A stretch of 64,000 nt of DNA from an uncultured bacterium (GCA_963822585.1 CAWGIE010000011.1:128001-192000), one strand, 5' to 3'. Positions 18,152 to 30,105 are shown, counted from the stretch's first letter. A program made the numbers and translations. Notes: a model not told the origin generated them from the sequence alone.

Positions 18152-19789
18152 TCACCTATATCCCAACACCCGAAGAATATCGTTATACGTGATAAGCAGG
18201 AAAAGAACCGCGATCATCGCCAGGCCGAGTTGCTGGGCGATGGATAAAAACCGGGGTGAAAGTGGACGCCTGATAATCGATTCCAGGGAGAGAAAAAGAA
18301 GGTGCCCCCCATCCAGGACGGGGAATGGGAATAGATTGATAATCCCGAGATTGATGCTGATCAGGGCGAGAAGTACGAGCAGATCGGCCAAGCCATGGAC
18401 CTGACTGGTTATTTGAAAGATCATCACTGGACCAGCCACTTCCGAAGTTTCGATCTTGCCGACGATCATCATGTAAAAAACACCGAACATTTGCTTGATG
18501 CTATCCAGAGCCATCCCGGCACCAACCGTGACGGCCTTCAGTCCGGAATATCGGATGCGCTTTGTTTCCCCCGTAATGACGGGATTTATCCCCTCTATCG
18601 ATGATACCGGCGATACCTTTGCCCGGACCAGGAACCGGGCGGCCGGTTTGAAAAACATCCAACCGGGACGTTTTATCGTCAGTCCAATTTCAGAGCCGGG
18701 GGGGACTGACTGGATCTTTTCGGCAATCTGCTCGGGGGGCATAGTTTCACCATCTATCGCCACCACCCGGTCGCCTTTTTTCAATTCCTGTACCGCCGTG
18801 GAGGCCCGCTGGTTTACACTTGCCACCTGATTGCCATCGAGAAGAAGTCCCGGTATATGATTCTCCCTATAAATAGGTATTTCCAATGCGAGAGATTCCT
18901 CCGTTTCCGGGCGATAGATATCCACGATTGCCGTACTTTTCTCATACCCACTGAGCAGGTCATCAAACGGATGGATATACCCCGGAGAAAAGACCGGGGT
19001 CCCGTTAATGGAAGTAATAATATCCTTCACCCGGAGACCGGCTTGGAAAGCGGGGGAATCGGTCTGAATATTCCAAATACTAACCTTTCCTCCCGAAGAA
19101 ATGCCGATTCGGGGATAACTTGCTCCTCGAAACTTCTCAGGCGTGACCTGGACTTCCCGTTTTTCCCCATCTCTTTCCACAGTAATAGCTAATTCGGTCC
19201 CGGGATCCGATACCATCATCTTCCAGTTCAGTTCACGCCAATCTTTTATCCGTTCACCGGCTATTGCCGCGATCCGATCTCCCGGTTGCAAACCGGCTGC
19301 CGACGCCGGCAAACCCGGTTCCACCTCCCCCACCAACGGTCCATCTTCATCAAGAGGGACCTGAATCCCGATCATGGCGATCAGGATAAACACGACCAGA
19401 CCCAGGATCAGATTCATCAGAGGACCGGCAAAGACAATCGCCGCTCGCTGATGAAGGGGCTTGCGGTCGAACCGCCTCTCCGGGGGAATATCTCTATCCT
19501 CCTCCTCCAGTTGCTCCCGGGCTTCATCGTCACCCGGCGGCAGATCTTCCTGCCCGGCCATCTTGACGTATCCTCCCAGGGGGAGGATGCCGATCCCGTA
19601 TTCGGTCTCTTTCCCCTGGAAGCTGAAGATCTTCAGACCACCGATATCGAAACCGAGGAAGAACTTCTTGATGTAAACCCCGAAGCGTCTCGCCAGCAGA
19701 AAATGACCCAGTTCATGGACAAAGATCAAGATCCCCAACAAGACGGCGAACTTCGCTATCCTGATCAGCCAGACAACCAACTCTTCCAT
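18152..19789 (-). CDS. rseP: RIP metalloprotease RseP with several PDZ domains
   Basis: HELGH, LPLGGYVKM, AGPLMN, NLFPFPVLDGG; lies between dxr and ispG. Confidence 0.95.
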   Translation of the reverse strand: MEELVVWLIRIAKFAVLLGILIFVHELGHFLLARRFGVYIKKFFLGFDIGGLKIFSFQGKETEYGIGILPLGGYVKMAGQEDLPPGDDEAREQLEEEDRDIPPERRFDRKPLHQRAAIVFAGPLMNLILGLVVFILIAMIGIQVPLDEDGPLVGEVEPGLPASAAGLQPGDRIAAIAGERIKDWRELNWKMMVSDPGTELAITVERDGEKREVQVTPEKFRGASYPRIGISSGGKVSIWNIQTDSPAFQAGLRVKDIITSINGTPVFSPGYIHPFDDLLSGYEKSTAIVDIYRPETEESLALEIPIYRENHIPGLLLDGNQVASVNQRASTAVQELKKGDRVVAIDGETMPPEQIAEKIQSVPPGSEIGLTIKRPGWMFFKPAARFLVRAKVSPVSSIEGINPVITGETKRIRYSGLKAVTVGAGMALDSIKQMFGVFYMMIVGKIETSEVAGPVMIFQITSQVHGLADLLVLLALISINLGIINLFPFPVLDGGHLLFLSLESIIRRPLSPRFLSIAQQLGLAMIAVLFLLITYNDILRVLGYR

Positions 19790-19841
19790 CTCAACCGCCT
19801 CGTATGGGAACGCAGCCCTCGTTTCACTCGGGCAGCGTTCC

Positions 19842-19911
19842 GGAGTATTGGAGTGATGGAGTAGTGGAGTGATGGGGACGGCCTTTCAACACTCCAGCAC
19901 TTCATTACTCC
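19842..19911. repeat. Element with inverted 9-bp (TGGAGTnnn) arms, copy 1
   Basis: GGAGTATTGGAGTGATGGAGTAGTGGAGTGATGG ... CACTCCAGCACTTCATTACTCC. Confidence 0.8.
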
Positions 19912-19951
19912 TTGATTATGTTTTTCGATTCCAGATTATACAAAGTAGCAT

Positions 19952-21118
19952 TTATGCTCTCTGCCGGTAAACCCCGATCATTTCTTCTGTCTTTCTTCGG
20001 GCCCGGCGATCCGCGGCCATGATCGCGGCGAGATCGAGGGCGGGAACAGGCTCATGTTCTCCCATCACCCCCGCCACTACCTCCATGATCCCGGTAAACG
20101 GGATCTTATTTGCCAAGAACGCCTCTCCCGCGATTTCATTGGCCGCGTTCATTACCGCCGGCAGTGTTCCGCCGACGGAACCGGCTTCCCGGGCCAGGTC
20201 CAGTGCCGGGAAGAGATCCCGGTCCGGCTCGCGGAATGTCAGCGGCTCCAGACCGGGCAGGGTTGTCTCTTGGAAAAAATGGGGCGCGCGAGCCGGATAA
20301 TAGAGGGCGTAGGAGATCGGCAGGCGCATGTCCGGCCGGCTTAACTGGGCGAGAAGGGATCCGTCGGACATCTCGACCAGGGAATGAACGATGCTCTGGG
20401 GGTGGATAACGACATCGATCCGGTCCAGGGGCAGCCCGAAGAGCCAGTGCGCCTCCAGCACCTCCAGTCCCTTGTTCATCATGGTCGCCGAGTCCAGGGT
20501 AACTTTCCGCCCCATCTTCCAGCGAGGATGTTTGAGAGCCTCCTCGGCGGTCACCTTCTCCAGTTCGGCCCGGGAAGCGTTCAGAAAAGGTCCTCCGGAG
20601 GCGGTGAGTATGATCTTCCGGATCGACTCCTTCTTCTCCCCCCTCAGGCACTGAAAAATCGCCGAATGTTCGCTGTCAACGGGAATAATCCGACTCCCGC
20701 TCTTCGCGGCCAGCGCGACGGCGAGTTCCCCCGCCGCCACCAGTATTTCCTTGGAAGCGAGGGCGATATCTTCTCCCCGCTCAATGGCTTTAAATGTCGG
20801 CAGCAGGGCGGCCGTCCCCGGTATCGCCACGACTACCAGATCCGCCTCCGCTTTGGAGACCAGATCGTGTAACCCCTTTTCTCCTCCGAGGACCTCAACC
20901 CCCTCATTCCCCAGCCGATCCCGCAGGCGCCGCGCCTGTTGATCTCCGGTGACCGCCACCCGGAATGGCCGAAATTCCTCTATCTGACGTTCCAGAAGGT
21001 CGATATTCCCTCCCGCCGCCAGCCCGATAACCCGGAAGGTCTCGCGGTCATGACGGACCACATCGAGGGTATTGGTGCCGATCGACCCGGTGGAACCCAG
21101 GATGACGATCTTTTTCAT
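19952..21118 (-). CDS. dxr: 1-deoxy-D-xylulose-5-phosphate reductoisomerase
   Basis: LGSTGSIGTNTL, PVDSEHSAIFQ, LTASGGPF, HPRWKMG, NKGLEVLEA. Confidence 0.97.
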   Translation of the reverse strand: MKKIVILGSTGSIGTNTLDVVRHDRETFRVIGLAAGGNIDLLERQIEEFRPFRVAVTGDQQARRLRDRLGNEGVEVLGGEKGLHDLVSKAEADLVVVAIPGTAALLPTFKAIERGEDIALASKEILVAAGELAVALAAKSGSRIIPVDSEHSAIFQCLRGEKKESIRKIILTASGGPFLNASRAELEKVTAEEALKHPRWKMGRKVTLDSATMMNKGLEVLEAHWLFGLPLDRIDVVIHPQSIVHSLVEMSDGSLLAQLSRPDMRLPISYALYYPARAPHFFQETTLPGLEPLTFREPDRDLFPALDLAREAGSVGGTLPAVMNAANEIAGEAFLANKIPFTGIMEVVAGVMGEHEPVPALDLAAIMAADRRARRKTEEMIGVYRQRA

Positions 21119-21147
21119 ATAACTTAGCCCAGAAAAAACAAATAATC

Positions 21148-21354
21148 ACCACGAAGAACACGAAGAACACGAAGAAAAATAGGGGGAATGGGTTCTTTTT
21201 TGTTTTATGTGGGTGATTCTAAATTATCTGGTATTCCTTCGTATCTTATTATCTGGAGATGTTAATGACTAAATCCGAATGACGAAGCCCGAATGAAAAT
21301 ATAAGCATTATTTCTGTCTTATAATCCCTTCGTGAGCTTCGTGTCCTTCGTGGT
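21148..21354. repeat. Element with inverted (CACGAAGnn)x3 arms, copy D
   Basis: ACCACGAAGAACACGAAGAACACGAAG ... CTTCGTGAGCTTCGTGTCCTTCGTGGT; contains an internal AATGAC/CGAATGA repeat. Confidence 0.85.
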
Positions 21355-21382
21355 TAGAAGTTGCACTGAAGTCGCTGCATCA

Positions 21383-22246
21383 TCACAGTTTCAGCACCAG
21401 TTTCATATAGAGATACAGCAGGGGGGTGGTGAAGAAGAGACTATCCAGGAGATCGAGTATCCCTCCCATGCCCGGCAGCGTCCGTCCCGAGTCCTTCTGC
21501 CCGGCTGACCTCTTGAGGAGGGACTCCGCCAGATCCCCCATCACCGCCGCTATCCCCAGGAACAGACCCAGGGTGAACGCCGCCGGCCAGTTAAGGCGAT
21601 CAAGAGAGAAGATGAACTTTCCCGCCACCCCGCTCAAGCCCCCGGCCAAAACACCTCCGATCGCTCCCTCGACGGTCTTGCCGGGGCTGATGCGGGGGAT
21701 AAGCTTATGACGGCCCCATTGCGATCCGATGTAATAGGCCGCGCTGTCGTTAACCTTGACGACCAGAAAGAGAAAGAAGACGTAGAACCGGCCGTCCCCG
21801 GCCCCGGTCGGGGCGCAATGGAAATAATAGTCAATCCGGGGAAGAAAAGAAAAGAGCCAGGCCACATAGATAATCCCGGTCAGGGTGGTGCTGATCTTGC
21901 TGACGGCATCACCGCCTTCCCGGCGGGTGGCCTGAAAGACAAACAAACCCGCGACAATGACGAAAAGGACGGCGTCCCCCCAGATGCTTCCCACGAAAAC
22001 GGCGAGATGGGGAGGCAGAGCATTATGCCCGACGGAGGCGATAAAAACCGAGGAAAAAAGACAGAGCCCCCCCAGAATGCCCGCTCCTCTGATCCCATGG
22101 GTCATCCGCAAAAATTCACGCAACCCCAGGCCGACAAAGAGGTTGCCGACCAGGAAAAAAAGGATCGGGGCCTTGAAGCTGAAGTAAATGACGCTGATCA
22201 AAATCAGGATCAGCGGAATCGCGGTTATCACTCTCGTTTTAGACAT
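21383..22246 (-). CDS. cdsA: Phosphatidate cytidylyltransferase
   Basis: ISPGKTVEG, GDLAESLLKR, KDSGRTLPGMGGILD. Confidence 0.95.
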   Translation of the reverse strand: MSKTRVITAIPLILILISVIYFSFKAPILFFLVGNLFVGLGLREFLRMTHGIRGAGILGGLCLFSSVFIASVGHNALPPHLAVFVGSIWGDAVLFVIVAGLFVFQATRREGGDAVSKISTTLTGIIYVAWLFSFLPRIDYYFHCAPTGAGDGRFYVFFLFLVVKVNDSAAYYIGSQWGRHKLIPRISPGKTVEGAIGGVLAGGLSGVAGKFIFSLDRLNWPAAFTLGLFLGIAAVMGDLAESLLKRSAGQKDSGRTLPGMGGILDLLDSLFFTTPLLYLYMKLVLKL

Positions 22247-22468
22247 GAGAATTTATACATTTGCACCTTCGACGCAAATGTAGTGGATCCACTTCGTCGG
22301 ATCTGCTGGTTAAACTAAAATCATTCCATCGTGGCGATGATGTAACAAAGCCTTTCAAACCTCAGCCCACACTCGATTCCCGGGACATGATGCTGATGAA
22401 GTTTTTATTTCTTTTATTGTCGTCTGTGTTTAAAACTATCCCGATTTATGAAATAAAGCGGGACACTC

Positions 22469-23200
22469 TTATTTTTCCGAAGGAAAAATAAGACCGCCGA
22501 AGCGGCGTTCTCTTTTCCGGTAGTCCCCGATCGCTTCCAGAAGGTTTTCCCGGTTAAAATCGGGCCAGCAAACGGGCGTCACCCAGAGTTCGGTATAGGA
22601 GATCTCCCAGAGCAGGAAATTGCTTATCCTCATCTCGCCGCTGGTCCGGATCAGCAGATCGGGGTCGGGGAGATCGCCGTCATAGAGATACCGGGAGAAA
22701 AAAGCTTCATCGATCTTTTCCGGGTCGATCTCCCCCGCCAGGGCCGCCCGCACGATTTTTTTCACCCCGTCGACGATCTCGGTCCGTCCGCCGTAGTTGA
22801 GGGCCAGGGTCAAGGTCAGACCGGTATTCCGGGCGGTGGCGTAGATCGTCCGGGACAGTACCTTTTGAACCCCGGAGGGGAATTCCCCGATACGTCCGAT
22901 GGCCCGGAGGCGGACATTGTTCTTCTGCATCACGGGCAGCTCGCTTTTCAGGTACTCTTTCAGGTAACGCATCAAGCCCTGGATCTCCCGCCGGGGGCGA
23001 CGCCAGTTCTCGACCGAAAAAGCGTAAAGGGTCAGATAGCGCAGTCCCATCTCCGCGGCGGCGGTGGTGATTCTCCGTACCGCTTCGGCGCCGGCGCGAT
23101 GACCTTCCAGACGGGAAAGCCCGCGTTTCTCCGCCCAGCGGCCATTCCCGTCCATAATAATGGCGATATGCCGGGGGTATTCTCTGGTCGGGGCATTCAT
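22469..23200 (-). CDS. uppS: Undecaprenyl diphosphate synthase
   Basis: HIAIIMDGNGRWA, YAFSVENW, IRTSGEMRISNFLLW. Confidence 0.97.
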   Translation of the reverse strand: MNAPTREYPRHIAIIMDGNGRWAEKRGLSRLEGHRAGAEAVRRITTAAAEMGLRYLTLYAFSVENWRRPRREIQGLMRYLKEYLKSELPVMQKNNVRLRAIGRIGEFPSGVQKVLSRTIYATARNTGLTLTLALNYGGRTEIVDGVKKIVRAALAGEIDPEKIDEAFFSRYLYDGDLPDPDLLIRTSGEMRISNFLLWEISYTELWVTPVCWPDFNRENLLEAIGDYRKRERRFGGLIFPSEK

Positions 23201-23221
23201 CTTGGGGCTCCGGAAATTTTT

Positions 23222-24475
<1,254 letters not shown>

Positions 24476-24479
24476 CGGA

Positions 24480-25085
24480 TTATTTATCCTTTTTCTTGCT
24501 GATCACCGCGTCCACGACCCCGTAGGCGACCGCCTCCTCCGCGGACATGTAGAAATCGCGGTCTGCGTCTTTCTCGACCCGCTCAAAGGTCTGCCCGGTA
24601 TGGAGAGCCAGCAGTTCGTTCAGCTTCTTGCGCAGGCGGAGGATCTCTTTGGCCTGAATGCTGATATCAACAGCGGCGCCCTGGGTTCCCCCCCAGGGCT
24701 GATGGATCATTATCCGGGCGTGGGGCAGCGCGAATCTTTTCTTCTTGCTCCCGGCCGCCAGGAGCAACGCGCCCATGCTGCTGGCCTGTCCGACGCAATA
24801 GGTGGTGACATCGCACCGGACAAACTGCATGGTGTCATAAATCGCCAGCCCCGCGGTCACCGCTCCGCCCGGGGTATTGATATAAAGATTGATGTCCTTC
24901 TCCGAATCTTCCATCTGCAAATAGAGCAACTGGGCAACGACCAGATTGGCGATCGAGTCGTCAACGGGCGTCCCCAGAAAAATGATCCGGTCTTTTAAAA
25001 GGCGTGAATAAATATCATAGGCTCGTTCCATCCGGCCGGTCTGTTCGACGACCATGGGAATGAGCTGGGAATGCGGTTCCTTCAT
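24480..25085 (-). CDS. clpP: ATP-dependent Clp protease proteolytic subunit
   Basis: [26 protein letters not shown]. Confidence 0.97.
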   Translation of the reverse strand: MKEPHSQLIPMVVEQTGRMERAYDIYSRLLKDRIIFLGTPVDDSIANLVVAQLLYLQMEDSEKDINLYINTPGGAVTAGLAIYDTMQFVRCDVTTYCVGQASSMGALLLAAGSKKKRFALPHARIMIHQPWGGTQGAAVDISIQAKEILRLRKKLNELLALHTGQTFERVEKDADRDFYMSAEEAVAYGVVDAVISKKKDK

Positions 25086-25096
25086 GGGGTGTCTCC

Positions 25097-26353
25097 TTAC
25101 TTGATTTTCGCCTCTTTGATGATGAAATCCGTCGCCAGGCGACGGAGCAGTCTATCCCTGACGACCCCGAGCCGGCCGCTCTCCTCCAGTTCCCTCCGGT
25201 ACTCCACCGGAGAAACCCCCTTCTGGCGAGCCAGCAGGGCCACCTCCTCCCCGAGGAGGCGGGCATCGACTTCAAGATTTTCCGCCCGGGCGATCGCCGA
25301 TAAAATAAAAATAAGCCGAAGATCCGCCTCCGCCCTCTGGCGGGCGATCTCGGCAATCTTTTCTTCCGGGACTTTTTCTCTTCCGGCCGAAAGGGCGCGA
25401 TCGGCCTGTTCTTTCACTTCTTTTCGGTACTCTTCGATAAGAGAATCCAGGGTAGCCGGCGGCAGGGGAAAGGTGTGTTTTTTCAGGAGATACTCGATGG
25501 CCTGCTCTTCCAACGATCTTTTTTGCTCCAGTTCCTTCCTCTGCCTGATGTCTTCACGGATCTGTCCGCGCAGCTCTTCCAAACCGCTGAATTGACCCCA
25601 GGTGCGGGCCCATTCATCGCTGGCTTCGGGGAGATTCCTTTTCTTGATCTCCCGGAGGCGAATCTCGACCTCAAGCGGGGCCGCGTCGGCATTCTGATCG
25701 CCGGCCGGGGGTATCGTGACCGATCTGCTCTCGCCGGCCGGCATCCCGGCCAGCTGAGACCCGATCCCCTCGTGATCGGGAGAGGTGATCTCGACCAGGG
25801 TCCCTTCAACCCAATTCTCATCGGCATGGCCGGACGGACGGTAGTCTACCAGCGCCCAGTCCCCTTCCCGGAGAGGACGCCCGTTAATTGTTTCAAAGGT
25901 CGCGGACCGTTCCCGCAACCCTTCCAGGGTTCGATCCACTTCCGTGTCCTCGACCCGGCAATCGGTACCGGTGAGGCGGATCCCCCGGTAATTCTTCAGC
26001 TCCACCATCGGCCGGACATCGACGGCGACCTTGAAGCGCAGGGGGCCTGCCTCGGGCCAGTCGATCTCGCTGAAATCCGGGTCACCGAAAACCTCGATCT
26101 CCTGCTCCCGGACCGCGTCCAGATACCCCCGGCGGACCCGGTTGCCGACCGTTTCAGAACGGGCTTCATCCCGGAAATATTTTTCCAGGATCTTCCGGGG
26201 GGCCTTGCCGGGACGAAATCCGGGAATCCGGCGCCCCCGGGAAAGCCGGGCGTACACGGACCCCATCTCCTCCTCCATCGCTTCGAGGGGAATCTCGATC
26301 GTCAGTTCCCGCCGGCAGGGATGGAGGTCCCGTATATCGACTTTAGTCATCAT
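25097..26353 (-). CDS. tig: Trigger factor
   Basis: [10 protein letters not shown] ribosome-binding motif; tig-clpP-clpX order. Confidence 0.95.
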   Translation of the reverse strand: MMTKVDIRDLHPCRRELTIEIPLEAMEEEMGSVYARLSRGRRIPGFRPGKAPRKILEKYFRDEARSETVGNRVRRGYLDAVREQEIEVFGDPDFSEIDWPEAGPLRFKVAVDVRPMVELKNYRGIRLTGTDCRVEDTEVDRTLEGLRERSATFETINGRPLREGDWALVDYRPSGHADENWVEGTLVEITSPDHEGIGSQLAGMPAGESRSVTIPPAGDQNADAAPLEVEIRLREIKKRNLPEASDEWARTWGQFSGLEELRGQIREDIRQRKELEQKRSLEEQAIEYLLKKHTFPLPPATLDSLIEEYRKEVKEQADRALSAGREKVPEEKIAEIARQRAEADLRLIFILSAIARAENLEVDARLLGEEVALLARQKGVSPVEYRRELEESGRLGVVRDRLLRRLATDFIIKEAKIK

Positions 26354-26468
26354 TATATCTCCATAACAGAAAAATAGTTGATACGGCAGCCTGCCGCCGG
26401 GCTTTCCGGGGAAGAGTGCATTTCCCGGCGCCGGCTTGCACGGTGAAGCCGCATCAACCGGAATAAAG

Positions 26469-26540
26469 AGCGGGAGACGGGATTTGAACCCGCGACAACC
26501 ACGTTGGCAACGTGGGGCTCTACCACTGAGCTACTCCCGC
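26469..26540 (-). tRNA. tRNA-Gly(GCC)
   Basis: GCGGGAGTAGCTCAGTGGTAGAGCCCCACGTTGCCAACGTGGTTGTCGCGGGTTCAAATCCCGTCTCCCGCT folds as a cloverleaf; CCA not encoded. Confidence 0.95.
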
Positions 26541-26719
26541 TTATTATTTTTCTGCCGCCTCCGGCAACAGAAAAATAATAATTGAGTCAGTTTTTCAGAA
26601 TAAAAACCGAACCGCCATACTCCTGGTTCGACTCTCGCGCATTGTATACAACGACTACGTCTCTAATCAACTCTAAAAACAATACTCTAAATACCGGTCT
26701 TGGCACCAGTATTTACAGA

Positions 26720-26744
26720 TAAAATTTTCCGTAGGAAAATTTTA
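26720..26744. repeat. AT-rich mini-palindrome, copy 1
   Basis: TAAAATTTTCC-GTA-GGAAAATTTTA; relatives at 34420 and 36682. Confidence 0.8.
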
Positions 26745-27038
26745 TGGGCGAAGGGAGACTCGAACTCCCACCCCTTTCGGGACTGGATCTCAACCCGAAG
26801 GGTTGACCCCGCGATCGAGTTCAAAATGAACTCGATTTTGCGGGGCTAAATCCAGGCCCGATTTCATCGGGCCGAGGCGCCCTGCTCCGTTATCGGTTGA
26901 ACTTTAAATGGGCGAAGGGAGACTCGAACTCCCATCCCTTTCGGGACTGGATCCTAAATCCAGCGCGTATGCCAATTCCGCCATTCGCCCTTATAAAGTT
27001 CAACCGATAACGGGGCATGCCAATTCCGCCATTCGCCC
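26745..27038 (-). pseudogene. Disrupted outer tRNA-Leu(TAG) copy with hairpin insertions, enclosing the intact copy
   Basis: 3' half 26745-26789 matches the intact gene with 1 mismatch; 56-nt insertion 26790-26845 after the anticodon; CTGGATTTAG at 26846-26855; 5' piece at 27018-27038. Confidence 0.75.
26909..26990 (-). tRNA. tRNA-Leu(TAG), intact
   Basis: GGGCGAATGGCGGAATTGGCATACGCGCTGGATTTAGGATCCAGTCCCGAAAGGGATGGGAGTTCGAGTCTCCCTTCGCCCA; long variable arm. Confidence 0.95.
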
Positions 27039-27086
27039 CTGTAAAGTTAAACCGGTAACGGGGTATGCCAATTCCGCCATTCGCCC
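26968..27086. repeat. 48-bp tandem repeat (~2.5 copies) containing the tRNA-Leu 5' end
   Basis: TGCCAATTCCGCCATTCGCCC ends at 26990, 27038 and 27086. Confidence 0.9.
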
Positions 27087-27156
27087 ATTTATTAAGTAAC
27101 GCCTTTGGCGCTACTTATTAGTGTCCTCCGACCGATTCATTACGAAAAATATTCAC

Positions 27157-27183
27157 TAAATTAGCGGCGAAGCCGCTAATTTA
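27157..27183. repeat. Perfect palindrome with C-GAA-G loop
   Basis: TAAATTAGCGGC-GAA-GCCGCTAATTTA. Confidence 0.85.
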
Positions 27184-27228
27184 TGATACAGTATCCCTTT
27201 TTTCGTCATAACTCAAGGAGCGAAACCC

Positions 27229-28098
27229 ATGAAAAAATTGCCCGGGATCACCACACTGATCACTGACGCCGACAACACGATTTACAACTGGGTCGAGTAC
27301 ATCGTGCCCTGCCTGGAAGCGATGGTGAATTATCTCCAACGACAGACCGGCATCCACCAGGACCGGATCGTGGAATCGATTAAAAAGATCTTCGAGAAAC
27401 ACCGTACCAATGAATACCCTTTCGTCCTGCAGGAAGCCGACGTCTTCCAGGACCTCCGGGGCGACTTTGCCCGTTTCCAGAAAGAGCTGATTACCCCGAC
27501 CCGGCACATCTTCAGCCAGACCCGCAAGGAAACCCTCAAGCTCTACCCCGGTGTCGCCCGGACCATGTGGAAACTCATCAACAACGGCATCCGGATCATC
27601 GTCCTCAGCGACGCGCCGGCTTTCTCCGCCGAACAACGGCTGGAACTCCTCGATGTTTCACAGTATATCTGGGCTCTCTACGCGCTCCGGACCTACCCCC
27701 TCCCGGAAGGACCATTGCTGGACAAACTGATCATCAACCGGATCAAGACCGGGTTCTACTGTTCCCGGGTGGGGAAAGTAGTCCAGCTGCCCCTGGAGCA
27801 TGAGAAGCCAAGCATTGCCGGGCTCCGCCTCATCTTGGAGGATGAAGGGATTAGACCCGACCAGGCGATCCTGGTGGGGGACAACTGCAAGAAGGACATC
27901 CGGATCGCCCAGGAGGTGGGGATCCCCGATGTCTGGGCCCGCTACGGCACGGTTATATCTCCTGAAGCCCGGGCCAAATTAAACTATTATTCGGCGGCAT
28001 CGATCCAGAAGAGGAACGTATCCCAGGAAGGAGAAACCTCCTATCGGCCCACCTATACGATCGATCGCTTCGAGGATATCCTCCCGCTCCTGGCATAG
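27229..28098 (+). CDS. HAD superfamily hydrolase
   Basis: Motif I ITDADNT; LSD; EKPS; motif IV VGDNCKKDI; AAGGAG ribosome-binding site. Confidence 0.88.
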   Translation: MKKLPGITTLITDADNTIYNWVEYIVPCLEAMVNYLQRQTGIHQDRIVESIKKIFEKHRTNEYPFVLQEADVFQDLRGDFARFQKELITPTRHIFSQTRKETLKLYPGVARTMWKLINNGIRIIVLSDAPAFSAEQRLELLDVSQYIWALYALRTYPLPEGPLLDKLIINRIKTGFYCSRVGKVVQLPLEHEKPSIAGLRLILEDEGIRPDQAILVGDNCKKDIRIAQEVGIPDVWARYGTVISPEARAKLNYYSAASIQKRNVSQEGETSYRPTYTIDRFEDILPLLA

Positions 28099-28650
28099 CG
28101 ATCAATCATCATCGGGTCTTGAATCGGGGGCTTGGATAGGCAACAGCTTCCCGTTATCGCTACCACCCGAGTCTTCATTATAAATACCGTTAAAAATACA
28201 AAAACTCGGCTAAAAACTATAGAATTCCGTGTCCGGGCCCGGTAAAAGATGTTATCGTTGGGGAAAATGGTAGGTTATGATGTATTGCGTATGTTTTCAT
28301 AGTCAGCCTCCTGATTTACTTTAGTTAACAAATTGTAGCATATTGGAGCACTTTTTCTATATTTTATCCCCCCTCTTATGACATTATTTGTAGACTGTTG
28401 GTTTTCGCCATTCAGATTTTTGAGTAAGGTTTAGCTACTATTTGCCAAATTTATTATTATTTAGTGTACGACTCTGATTCCGCCATAAATTTTCCGGCGT
28501 TACTTGCCGATTCCGAATTGAATATTAAAGATCGAGTATCATCTTCATGCCAGATTATTAAATTCTAATATGGCATTAAAACGAAGATCTTAACGAAGGA
28601 GTCCGGCTTTGAAACATTGCATAGATAATGATTCCCCATCCTCGATACAA

Positions 28651-30105
28651 ATGAAAAAAGAGAATACCGTAGCCAGTATACTTCCTTTATTGTTACTTTT
28701 CATTCTTTTGGCAGCAATGTTTATCAATTTCTCCCATTACGCGATATCGATGCTCCTTTATCCATTCGAATGGGATTCTTTTGAGGGATATCATGTTTAT
28801 CAATCCTGGCGAGTGGCCTTGGGAGAACCGTTATATAAAAACATTAATACTTATCCACTTCTTGTTTCTAATTACCCTCCAGTTTATTTTATTCTTGGAG
28901 GGGGACTTCTCAAAGTTTTCGGTTTGGCATTCTGGCCGTTGAGGCTGCTTTCATTGCTTGCAGCCTTAACTATAGGCTTGATGATATTCCTTATCATCAA
29001 GACTGAAAATAGTTCGACTTATTGGGCTCTTATTGGGGCTTTACTTTTTTTCGCCAGCCCTCTTTATGTCTCTTACTATCTTCTCATGGTTCGTATAGAT
29101 GGGCTTGCTCTTGCATTTTCTTTAATCGGACTTTTTTTCATCCGCCGGGGTCTTGAATCAAATAAAGCACTGGCCATAGCGGGATTCTGCTTTTTACTCG
29201 CTGTTTACACTAAACAAACAGCCGTCCTGGCCGCAATCGCGGGATGGTTGTGGCTCTTAGTCAACAATTCGAAACGAGCTCTGATATTGGCACTCGGCAT
29301 GGTGTGTGGCGGAGCAATAGTATTTGTCCTAATTGATAGCAACAGTGGCGGTGAGTTTTCCCGGCAATTATTTTTCCTAAATGTGGGATGGGCAACATTA
29401 GATCAAGGGGGAAGACTATTCATTGGTTTTCTCAATAACTGGGGAGTTTTCTTTTCTGTCGCAATAGCAGCCATTTTTTCCGCTAGACATAAGCAATGCA
29501 TCTGGAATTACTTTTTTATCTTGAGCCTTTTCAACGGTATATTTGCAATTAGGCACGGGGCAGTGTCCGCTTATTACTTGCCTATCATTGCGGCGATAGC
29601 GATTATCTGCGGCATCTATGCTCCTCGCCTTGATCGATTACTCACCATTGCTACCGGCGAAGATTCTCGTCGAGGGCGTTGGGGATTGTGCCTCGCAGCA
29701 ATCATTGGACTTACCGCTGCCAATTCCTGGCAATATATACGACCCACTAGAGATGATGCCGATATAGTTAAAGATTACTGGTCAAGAATCTCGTGTCATT
29801 ATGGGGATATCTTAACCTTCCAGATGTATAGTCTGGCTTTTCTCAATGGTCGAGAGGTTTTTATGTTCCCAACATCTCTGGAAAGTACTACCGATTTTAA
29901 GGGATTAGCACTATCCCCATTTTTTAGTGACCTCGAACAAGGGAAATTCAAGATCATTCTCGATTCTCAACAGCATAGTGCTTTTGGTCCTGGAATAAAG
30001 AAATTTTTAAACCGCTATTACGAACCAGGGCCGGTATTTAACTTACCTATGCATCGGCCAGGGGGAACAGACGAATTTATTATTTGGAGTCTTCGAAACA
30101 AATAA
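28651..30105 (+). CDS. AT-rich GT-C fold membrane glycosyltransferase (GT39/PMT-like)
   Basis: YPFEWDSFEG, NYPPVYF, RIDGLA, YTKQT; multiple TM helices. Confidence 0.75.
   Translation: MKKENTVASILPLLLLFILLAAMFINFSHYAISMLLYPFEWDSFEGYHVYQSWRVALGEPLYKNINTYPLLVSNYPPVYFILGGGLLKVFGLAFWPLRLLSLLAALTIGLMIFLIIKTENSSTYWALIGALLFFASPLYVSYYLLMVRIDGLALAFSLIGLFFIRRGLESNKALAIAGFCFLLAVYTKQTAVLAAIAGWLWLLVNNSKRALILALGMVCGGAIVFVLIDSNSGGEFSRQLFFLNVGWATLDQGGRLFIGFLNNWGVFFSVAIAAIFSARHKQCIWNYFFILSLFNGIFAIRHGAVSAYYLPIIAAIAIICGIYAPRLDRLLTIATGEDSRRGRWGLCLAAIIGLTAANSWQYIRPTRDDADIVKDYWSRISCHYGDILTFQMYSLAFLNGREVFMFPTSLESTTDFKGLALSPFFSDLEQGKFKIILDSQQHSAFGPGIKKFLNRYYEPGPVFNLPMHRPGGTDEFIIWSLRNK

Noticed and set aside
26790..26845. 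Group I intron in the tRNA-Leu anticodon loop
   Set aside because: Only 56 nt and made of two simple hairpins, far too short for a group I core.
26968..27086. CRISPR-like repeat-spacer pattern and the 63-aa ORF 26908-27099
   Set aside because: The repeat is the tRNA-Leu 5' end and the two spacers are near copies of each other; the ORF is the antisense shadow of the tRNA.
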